From Nitrospirota bacterium (GTDB lineage: Bacteria > Nitrospirota > UBA9217), in NCBI GenBank assembly GCA_963751455.1, contig CAVVUN010000002.1, positions 352,001 to 416,000 on the forward strand: DNA of 64,000 nucleotides. The letters are read 5' to 3'. This document shows, piece after piece, positions 11,257 through 19,074 of the stretch (position 1 is its first letter; each line of letters begins with the position of its first letter). The position numbers and the translations under genes are program-made. The notes below the pieces were generated by a model. It did no database searches. It saw nothing but the letters and a program-made list of their open reading frames with translations, and was not told where the DNA came from.

Positions 11257-11730
11257 TTACGGCTTATAGCACCAATGAAGATTACAATCGCTCCCACCCC
11301 AGTAAATCCTCACGACCTTTTCGTTAAAGCCGTCTGGGCAAGCAGCAGTATCGCCTTTATAGGGATTTGTTGTGTCTCCGTCGCAGCCATAACCTGTAAA
11401 ATACATTCCGCCAAAGCCATAGGTCGCACCGCTGATTGTTCCGCTGATGTTTGCGTTTCCCACCACAGCCAAATTCGTTTGTGAGCTATTCGTACCAACG
11501 CTAAGTTTACCGTTAACAGTACTGTTGCCGGTTACAGTCTCGCCGTTACTGGTAACTGTGCCGTTGACCTTTAAATTGCCATTGATCTCCGCTCTAGGCG
11601 TGGGGGCAGTACCCGTACCAACTCCGAAATTGCCGTATACAATCAAATCGCCGGGTGCCGCATAAATATTTTCCGTGGTAAGAACCAAAACCGCTAAAAC
11701 GACCATAACCATTAAGACGCTAATCTTCAT
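11257..11730 (-). CDS. Small secreted protein with a beta-helix-like stalk and a Cys-containing tip domain
   Basis: GGAGG RBS and signal peptide, NG-x-V repeats, and the C-terminal FGGMY..C..NPY.G..ACPDGF..C..WCY. Confidence 0.75.
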   Translation of the reverse strand: MKISVLMVMVVLAVLVLTTENIYAAPGDLIVYGNFGVGTGTAPTPRAEINGNLKVNGTVTSNGETVTGNSTVNGKLSVGTNSSQTNLAVVGNANISGTISGATYGFGGMYFTGYGCDGDTTNPYKGDTAACPDGFNEKVVRIYWGGSDCNLHWCYKP

Positions 11731-11808
11731 TGTTCCCTCCTTTTAGAGATTATCCATAAAGTGAGCTGCTGAATTGAAAAATAATTTGCGTTGCCCCGCC
11801 TGCTTTTG

Positions 11809-14064
11809 CTACCGAGCAACTGCCGTGGCGACGGCAGAGCCAGTGGACTCATTTCCTACCGAATCAACGGCGGATACAACATAGTAATACACTGTGCCTG
11901 CAGTAAGCCCGGAATGCGCGTAGTTCGTAACATTGCCAAATGGTATCTTTGTGCCGGTCAAGGGCGAGACATTTGACTGCGTTGACCAATAGAGATTGTA
12001 ATATGAAGCGCCCATAGAGGCTGTCCACGTCACGTTTATCATAGCTGAACCGACAGTTCCCGCCGTTGCAGCTAAACCGGACGGAGCTAAAATCGTTTCT
12101 CCTGCTGAAACAAGCGACTGAACGGGAATACTGCTGTCGGCCGTGCTGTTGTTCCCAAGTTCGCCTGAGTAATTATATCCCCACGCCCAGACCGTGCTGT
12201 CATTTCTGAGCGCTACGGTGTGAAGATGTCCCGCTGCTATTGCCGTTATGCCGGTAAGGTAGGTGCCGCAAGCGCCCGGTGAGGCACCGGCGCTGGCGCA
12301 GACCTTAACGGGAATAGTGCTATCGGTCGTGCTATTGTTCCCAAGCTGGCCAAAGCAGTTAGATCCCCACGCCCAGACCGTGCCGTCGTTCATAAGAGCC
12401 AGAGTGCGGTACAATCTCCCTGCTATTGCCGTTATGCCGGTAAGGTAGGTGCTGCAGGCTCCCGCTGATGCGCCTGCAGTTGCGCAGACCTGAACGGGAA
12501 TAGTGCTAAGAGCCGTGCTATTGTTTCCGAGTTCGCCATTATCATTATCTCCCCACGCCCAGACTGTCCCGTCATTCCTGAGCGCGATGGTGTAGAAATC
12601 TCCGGCTGCCAATGCGGTTATGCCCGTAAGGTACGTGCCGCAGGCGCCCGCTGATGCGCCTGCAGTGGCGCAGACCTGAACGGGAATACCGCTGTCAGTG
12701 GTCGTGCCGTTTCCCAGCTGCCCGTAGTTGTTGTATCCCCATGCCCAGACCGTGCCGTCATCTTTGAGCCCTACGGTGTGACCATATCCCCCAGCTATTG
12801 CCGTTATACCCGTAAGATACGTGCCGCAGGCGCCCGCCGATGCGCCGGCAGTCGCGCAGACCTGAATGGGAATAGCGCTGTTGGCCGTGGTATTGTTCCC
12901 AAGCTGACCATTGTAGTTTCCTCCCCAAGCCCAGAGTGTGCCGTCATTTTTGAGCGCGACAGTATGAAAATTTCCCCCTATTGCCGTTATGCCTGTAAGA
13001 TACGTGCCGCAGACGCCCGGTGAGTCGCCGGCAGTGGCGCAGGCCTGAACGGGAATAGTGCTGTCGTTCGTGCTGTTGTTCCCAAGCTCGCCACCTGAGT
13101 TATATCCCCACGACCAAACCGTGCCGTCATTCTTGAGTGCAACGGTCTGAAGAGCTTCCCCTGATATTGCCGTTATGCCGGTAAGATACGTGCCGCAGGC
13201 GCCCGCCGAGGCGCCGGCAGTGGCGCAGACCTGAACGGGAATAGTGCTATCGGACATACTGTTGTTCCCAAGCTGGCCAATCGAGTTAAATCCCCACATC
13301 CAGACCGCGCTGTCATTCTTGAGCGCGACAGTATAACCAGATCCCCCTGCTATTGCCATTACCACTCCAGGAGTGGCAGAAACGATGCTTGACTCCACAC
13401 TTTCCCCATAAGCGTTCACTGCTGTTACAACGTAGTAATATGTTGTTTTATTGGTAAGGCCTGTCTGCGTGTAGGGGCTTGTCGCGTTCACGATTTTCGT
13501 TCCGGTTGACTTTGTGACAGTGGACTTTGTTGACCAGTAGATGTTGTACGACGTCGCGCCCGTAACAGTGTTCCAGCTTATGATGTTCTGTCCATTGCCG
13601 GCTAATACGGTAAGACCGATCGGGGCAGATGGAAACACTTCTGCTGTTGCGGGCGTTGCGCTCACCTCACTCGACTCTTCGCTCTCCCCATTGCTATTCT
13701 CTGCCGTTACCACATAATAGAAAGTCGTATCGTTTGACAGGCCGGCATGGATGTATGGACTTGTTATATTGGAAATCGTTGTCCCTGCCGTATTTGTAAC
13801 ACCTGATGTTGTTGACCAGTAGATATTGTACGACGTTGCGGCGGTAACACTGTTCCAGCTTATGATATTCTGTTCATTACCCGCGGCTGCGATAACGCCG
13901 GTCGGAGCAGATGGAAGCGTTGTTCCTGAAGACGTTCCGCTGCTATGTCTCCCGCCCTTGCAAGCCGACAACAGCGCCAGGAATAAAACAGCACCAAGAA
14001 GCAGTTTGTAAGAGGCTTTCCCTGTGCATATCACAACGAACCTCCTTCTTATCACATGCACCAT
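11809..14064 (-). CDS. Lipoprotein with FN3 domains and an RCC1/BLIP-II beta-propeller
   Basis: Lipobox LSAC, two N-terminal FN3 domains and one C-terminal FN3 domain (YNIYW..YYYVVTA), and seven GTVWAWG.N..GQLG repeats. Confidence 0.9.
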   Translation of the reverse strand: MVHVIRRRFVVICTGKASYKLLLGAVLFLALLSACKGGRHSSGTSSGTTLPSAPTGVIAAAGNEQNIISWNSVTAATSYNIYWSTTSGVTNTAGTTISNITSPYIHAGLSNDTTFYYVVTAENSNGESEESSEVSATPATAEVFPSAPIGLTVLAGNGQNIISWNTVTGATSYNIYWSTKSTVTKSTGTKIVNATSPYTQTGLTNKTTYYYVVTAVNAYGESVESSIVSATPGVVMAIAGGSGYTVALKNDSAVWMWGFNSIGQLGNNSMSDSTIPVQVCATAGASAGACGTYLTGITAISGEALQTVALKNDGTVWSWGYNSGGELGNNSTNDSTIPVQACATAGDSPGVCGTYLTGITAIGGNFHTVALKNDGTLWAWGGNYNGQLGNNTTANSAIPIQVCATAGASAGACGTYLTGITAIAGGYGHTVGLKDDGTVWAWGYNNYGQLGNGTTTDSGIPVQVCATAGASAGACGTYLTGITALAAGDFYTIALRNDGTVWAWGDNDNGELGNNSTALSTIPVQVCATAGASAGACSTYLTGITAIAGRLYRTLALMNDGTVWAWGSNCFGQLGNNSTTDSTIPVKVCASAGASPGACGTYLTGITAIAAGHLHTVALRNDSTVWAWGYNYSGELGNNSTADSSIPVQSLVSAGETILAPSGLAATAGTVGSAMINVTWTASMGASYYNLYWSTQSNVSPLTGTKIPFGNVTNYAHSGLTAGTVYYYVVSAVDSVGNESTGSAVATAVAR
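12115..13350 (-). repeat. About 190-nt intragenic tandem repeats (seven RCC1 blades)
   Basis: A near-identical 63-64-aa unit containing VCATAGASAGACGTYLTGITAIA is visible at DNA level. Confidence 0.9.
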
Positions 14065-14232
14065 CTCTCGCTTAAGGTCCCTATATATCTATCTTGCACT
14101 TTCTTCTTGTGCGAGGTTCATCTGTTGTAATGCTGCCAAGCGCTGAACGCGTGCAATAAGTTCCTTGAAGACGCAGAGCGATAACGAAATCCCTATACGT
14201 TCATTGTGCAATTTTCTCACCGTTGCCGAAAA

Positions 14233-15213
14233 TTAGAAACGCGCAGCCAGAGTGAAGTTAAATGAGTTTGCGTCTCCAAAACCGAGGTTATTATCGGTCA
14301 GATGGAAACGGCCATAAGCACCGGTCAGAGAAAGCCGGCGAGTAAAAAAATACTCGAAATTCGCCGAATAAGTTCTACCTCCCGGGATAGCTGAATAAGT
14401 TCTACCTCCCGGAATAGCTAGTGACTTGCTTGAACTGTTTTCAAATCCTATTCCCGCACTCATGCGTCGGGTCCAGTAATAAACAAGCGACACCGATTCA
14501 GTAGTGTTTATTGGTTGTGCACTATGTACTGATCTCGTCTGGTTGATTCTTGATTGGAAACTTACGCTCCTGTCGCGGTTCAGTTGACGCACGTATTTTG
14601 AAACAACGCCATAGCCAAGTGTTTCCGAATTTAGAAAAAACATATCTGGATTGACATTAATCATATTTATCGCTTCTGCGTAATTATAGGCAATCTCGAT
14701 ACCTACTAGTAAGGAATTCGTAAGATAATTTCCGATGCTTATTCCTGACTTATACTCCCTAGTTTCCCCCTGGCCAGAGTCATAGAAACGAAGTCTAGAC
14801 TTGTCAAACGATATTGCAATGGCAAGAGGGAACCCAGGCCTTGCATAATTAAGCACGAATTGTTGCTCCGGTCCGGTCCCATGCCGTATTCCAGATCTGA
14901 AGTCCATGTGCTGCCAACTAAAAAAAGCGCTGCCGATATGCTCAAGAAATGCAGCTTCTGCATAAGGATGGTCTACAGTGCTTACGGGAGCAAAGAATAT
15001 TTCTCCTGAAAATCCGTACGAAATCGTCCTGTTATCTGTCGGCTCTTCCGGCATCAAAGAAATGAACGTTGCCCTGCTATCCCGAGAGTCAATCCATTGG
15101 TAAATGGTTGATATCTGCGCCTGGTACTGGTCCTCACCAAATGCTACGTTGATACAAAGCACAAACGAAATCAATGCAACCATGCTGCTCTTTTTTTTCA
15201 TGCGCTTCTCCAT
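14233..15213 (-). CDS. Putative outer-membrane beta-barrel (porin-like)
   Basis: Signal peptide, amphipathic strands, PYAEAAFL motif and a C-terminal Phe (FTLAARF). Confidence 0.7.
   Translation of the reverse strand: MEKRMKKKSSMVALISFVLCINVAFGEDQYQAQISTIYQWIDSRDSRATFISLMPEEPTDNRTISYGFSGEIFFAPVSTVDHPYAEAAFLEHIGSAFFSWQHMDFRSGIRHGTGPEQQFVLNYARPGFPLAIAISFDKSRLRFYDSGQGETREYKSGISIGNYLTNSLLVGIEIAYNYAEAINMINVNPDMFFLNSETLGYGVVSKYVRQLNRDRSVSFQSRINQTRSVHSAQPINTTESVSLVYYWTRRMSAGIGFENSSSKSLAIPGGRTYSAIPGGRTYSANFEYFFTRRLSLTGAYGRFHLTDNNLGFGDANSFNFTLAARF
14366..14419. repeat. 27-bp in-frame tandem duplication (AIPGGRTYS twice)
   Basis: gaataagttctacctcccggRatagct occurs at 14366 and 14393. Confidence 0.9.
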
Positions 15214-15572
15214 GCTCTAGCAGATAGGTTTCATGGATATTCTTTCTTGGATAAGGCTCATCTCTGTGGTAATTGCTGCTAAACACTGCAACGCGTGCAG
15301 GAGGCTTAACTGTTACATCTTATTATTTAAAAAATCGCCTAATCTCGCCTCTCAAATAAATTTGTTGAGGTGGTGTGGCACTCTCGAAAACGATACTATA
15401 TTAAGCAACTATTATCAGCCTTAATTTCTCCAATTTTTGTCAATTCAATTTTTTGATTGAGAACGCCCGTAAAGCCACCTGCCCGCAAATTTTTAATTAC
15501 CTCAGTACGGTCAAATTCTAAATTATTATTTTCACATTCTTTGATGTTTGCATTAGAAAAATTATTAAGTAC

Positions 15573-15603
15573 GTAGGTTGGGCTGAACTACGTGAAGCCC
15601 AAC
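15573..15603 (+). repeat. REP element (GTAG plus hairpin) at the 3' flank of RAYT
   Basis: GTAG gttgggct...agcccaac. Confidence 0.85.
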
Positions 15604-15615
15604 TTCTTCTTCCAC

Positions 15616-16154
15616 TCATTCACGTCCAATCGCGTCGTTAAACACTATATCCTTTGCACCCCAATCAGAATGATATTTACCCTGCTTCACATATCTGTGA
15701 AAACTCGAATATCTCCATTTCAATGGCGCTGTCGTTAAACCATGTTTAACGGGATTGTAATGTATGTATTCGACATGCCGTATATAATCCATATCATCTT
15801 GTGTCTGATGCTCCCAAAACGTCGCTGCCAGATATATTGTTCACGTTTCGCTGTCCTGCTCGCGCGTTGCCTGCTTTCAAACGGATCATGACAGATCCTT
15901 GTAAAATTGCTCTTGATCAGCATCCACCGCTTTGAATATTCATTGTCGCCTGGAGGCAATGTCCAAAGGCAATGAAGGTGATCCGGCAGCAACACGATTG
16001 CATCCACAATCAACGGATACTTCGCTTTGACCGTCTCAAATGCCTGCCTCAGGAGCCTCGGATTCTCACCCAGGCACAATATCTTTTTCCGCTCATACGT
16101 TACGACCGTAAAGAAAAAAGTTGCTCCTGGTGTTTGCGAACGTCTATAGCGCAT
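15616..16154 (-). pseudogene. REP-associated tyrosine transposase (RAYT, IS200/TnpA Y1-like), frameshifted
   Basis: MRYRRSQTPGATFFFTVVT and the HUH motif LPDHLH. One T is missing at about 15816; restoring it gives WQRRFWEH..YIHYNPVKHG..W.YSSFHRY up to a stop at 15616. Confidence 0.9.
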
Positions 16155-16182
16155 CTGTTTTCCATCATCACTCACAATATGT

Positions 16183-16211
16183 GTTGGGCAATAAACCTCT
16201 GCCCAACCTAC
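16183..16211 (-). repeat. REP element (GTAG plus hairpin) at the 5' flank of RAYT
   Basis: The reverse complement reads GTAG gttgggca...tgcccaac, inverted relative to the 15573 copy. Confidence 0.85.
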
Positions 16212-16218
16212 CGGCTGA

Positions 16219-16306
16219 TATTGCCATAACGACTCCAGGGAGTGGCAGAAATGATGCCTGTCCCCGAGCTCTCCCCATAAGCATTCACTGCTGTTACAAC
16301 GTGGTA
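16219..16306 (-). pseudogene. Fragment of an FN3-RCC1 paralog
   Basis: Diverged copy of 13351-13437 (YHVVTAVNAYGES..IISATP/GVVMAI) with a 1-nt indel. Confidence 0.8.
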
Positions 16307-16389
16307 TTTCCCTTGCCGCCATAATAATAATCGTAGCCAATGGACATAAGCCGGTGCTCATAATCAAAGGTATACCTGCTGCCATACTT

Positions 16390-16764
16390 TCAAGGTCCGA
16401 CCCCGCTCCCGCTTTTTTCCGCTTGCTTCTTGTTCTTACTGCCAACGAATGGAAGCCATGCATCTGTATTTCCAATCAGTATCATTTCGGGCTTTGTGCT
16501 TTTCTTCTTCGGCACGACTACTTCAACACCAATTGGAACACGTTTGAAATCCATCGCAATCCATTTGTAACTCTTTAAACCATTCTGACGGCTTTCAATT
16601 ATGGGAGCAGCAAATAATTTACTATCGATTCCATATTCAAAAAAATAATCTTGGTACATTTCATTTGCAATTTCGAACATCTCTTTATCTGAGCGATCAC
16701 TTTGAGTTGTGCAACCTGCAAGCAGAACAATTACTGCACTAATTTCAATAAGTTTATTCATCAT
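16390..16764 (-). CDS. Small lipoprotein, candidate toxin immunity protein
   Basis: Lipobox LAGC, AT-rich, and starts just after a toxin-like remnant. Confidence 0.65.
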   Translation of the reverse strand: MMNKLIEISAVIVLLAGCTTQSDRSDKEMFEIANEMYQDYFFEYGIDSKLFAAPIIESRQNGLKSYKWIAMDFKRVPIGVEVVVPKKKSTKPEMILIGNTDAWLPFVGSKNKKQAEKSGSGVGP

Positions 16765-16773
16765 GACAGCGCC

Positions 16774-16941
16774 CTATTGCCTCGGCCCAAGCGTGGCAGT
16801 CCCTCTAAATTCTATACGATAGGGCGTATCTGGGCCTGCGTAAATTCCACCAATAATCGTTTCGACGTTTCTCGCGAAAGTATTTGCAGACCAAGGCTTT
16901 ATGTCAAAGTTGTTGTAATCAAAACAAATATGCTTATCCAT
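16774..16941 (-). pseudogene. Orphan toxin C-terminal remnant (55 aa)
   Basis: Manual translation MDKHICFDYNNFDIKPWSANTFARNVETIIGGIYAGPDTPYRIEFRGTATLGPRQ*, located in the Rhs orphan array. Confidence 0.5.
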
Positions 16942-17133
16942 TTTATCATGCAAGTTTCCTTACACTAAACGGAGTTCCAGTCCTTCTTGACTGCCTGGCG
17001 TGCAATTCTATCTATGTAATCGCGGACAACCTTAATACAATGATCGCGCGATTCACCATTAGACAAATCGCCTAATGTTCGATAATCTATTTTCCTAAAC
17101 AAGGAGATCGCGTAAGAAAAATAAGGGAATTGG

Positions 17134-17748
17134 TCAAGGTCTCTTCCCGGGAGTGAGAGTCCCTTCCTCACCCGAACCAATAAGATCCGCTGTTGGAATT
17201 AACCTGCAATTCTTTAGCTTATTCTTCTCAATAAACTCTTTCACTCTTTCTGTAACTATTATGAACTTCGGCAATGGCCATATAGTAAAAAAATCAGAGC
17301 CATCCCATTGCGATTCATCTACAAACAAACCTTTTCCAAAGTCTGTATATATTTTGTGACCGCATGCGGTGCACTCGTACTTTAACTTGATTTCTGATTT
17401 CGGATGTGCATTGCCGCCATTACCTATCACAATAAACTCCCACAACGGAGGCACCGCGTATTTGCTCCCTCTTCCAACCTTATCGACGCCAATAGGCTTC
17501 AGCGTGTAGCCGGTAAAACCTGCCTCTTCAAACAGTGTTGCCACTTCTTCCGTGATTATCCAATCACTCAGGAAAGTCGTTATAAAATGAGGTACCTTTG
17601 CAGACTTCAAGTCGATTTTTAAATCCCCGATTCTCGTGCCTGCACGCTGATGTCCTTTGTCGATAGGACATTTTATTCCTTCCCAGTCAGTTCCCTCAGC
17701 GAAATCTGCCCTACTATAATCTTTTATAGACAATTTATAAAAAATCAT
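17134..17748 (-). CDS. Immunity protein, SitI6/double-CXXCG- or Imm11-like
   Basis: CPIDKGH and CTACG motifs, and WDGSDFF..IIVTERVKEFI; lies directly downstream of the DUF2380-like toxin. Confidence 0.7.
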   Translation of the reverse strand: MIFYKLSIKDYSRADFAEGTDWEGIKCPIDKGHQRAGTRIGDLKIDLKSAKVPHFITTFLSDWIITEEVATLFEEAGFTGYTLKPIGVDKVGRGSKYAVPPLWEFIVIGNGGNAHPKSEIKLKYECTACGHKIYTDFGKGLFVDESQWDGSDFFTIWPLPKFIIVTERVKEFIEKNKLKNCRLIPTADLIGSGEEGTLTPGKRP

Positions 17749-17806
17749 TTAAATTCCCGAATTTCTAATGTACTTCCATTGCAAGATCAGCAATTGCTTT
17801 AGATTA

Positions 17807-19074
17807 CTATTTTAACCTTCGCCATGGTATGCCAAATTGTATCACCATTGTGTCAAGGTGTTCTAATATTTGTCTATCATTAGCAGTGGGGTTTTTCTCA
17901 AAAAACTGATACCAAGCTTTATTCCAGTTATTCTGCCCGGTGTGGATACCATATGGCTTAAAGATGTGAGCATCTGTTGCGAGGTTAACAGTGAATTCAT
18001 TTATGTTGAGACCTGCTTTTTCAAAATGTGGAGCAAGTGTTCTTGCCTGTGGTAAAAGATGGTGGACTTGATATCCCGGTATCCTTGCCATCTTCACCGG
18101 CATAAACATCAATGGCATTTCATAGAAAGAATGCGGTAACAGATAATTCGTAGTTTGAATGCCTAACCAATCAATACCAGCAGCTATGTAATTCCCAGCT
18201 TCCCAATTTTCGTCGCATCTACCCTTGATATAATCTCGAAATCCACTGAATAAGCCGCTTGACTCTCCTGTTATATCAGAATTATATCCTACTGTGCTGT
18301 TCCCCCATTCACTTCCCCAACTCAACGATGAATTGCCACTGTTTGAGTCATACGGCACAAAGCTACTTGATGAGTAGGGCGACGATAGCTGGTCATAATA
18401 ATTAAAATAACCATAATCCCTATTATAGGGGTCTGCATAAAAGGTAAGCGAGGTATCATATTCATCATACCCGCTGGGGTCAATATAGCGAAGCGGACTA
18501 TTCAAAACATAGCTGAACCGATTGAGCGCCTGTGGATTGGTAGGATCAGAGACTACTGGATTAGCGCTGATAAACCTTCCAATCGACGGATTATAGAACC
18601 GCGCATTGTAATTGTACAGCCCCGTCTCGGCATCAAACTCCTGTGAGGTGTACTTATGGTTCACGGACAGGAGTCCGTAATCGCTCAGTGTTTCTCCGAA
18701 AGGACGATAGCGGATGGTATACACTTTCTCCTTGGCGTAGCTTCCCGCCATGACCTCGAAATTCCCCATGGTCACGGTGCCCTGGCTGATTATGAGGCTG
18801 TTTACGAGCACGGAATTTTCGATCTGCTTCGTGTAGCCACAGTCGTATCCCCCCTTGATCGTTACGTTGACCGGGCGGTTGAGATTGAGTGGGATTGGCT
18901 CGGAGGTAAAGTTTACTGCGCGCGCCTGGATGATGTCGCCATTGACCGCTACATTATAGGCCACACGAAGCAACGAGTAATAATTATAGACCGATGTTCC
19001 GCGCAATATGCGGACAGGCGGTTTGGAACATGCGCTGTTCTGGATGGCCCCCGTCTGGGTCACGACCTGGGTGC
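17807..19074 (-). CDS. Orphan Rhs module: core fragment plus DUF2380/SitA6-like (HNH/AHH-type) toxin
   Basis: Repeats the main Rhs core up to DPSG. The C-terminal region has HHLLPQ..F..AGLNI..H..IH..WNKAW..F..NP.A. No convincing start or RBS. Confidence 0.85.

Noticed and set aside
12115-13350. Regular repeats as a CRISPR array
   Set aside because: They are in-frame coding RCC1 repeats with no unique spacers and no cas genes.
15735-16475. 246-aa ORF as one gene
   Set aside because: It is a chimeric reading across a lipoprotein, the FN3 fragment and a REP. The RAYT starts at 16154 and shifts frame.
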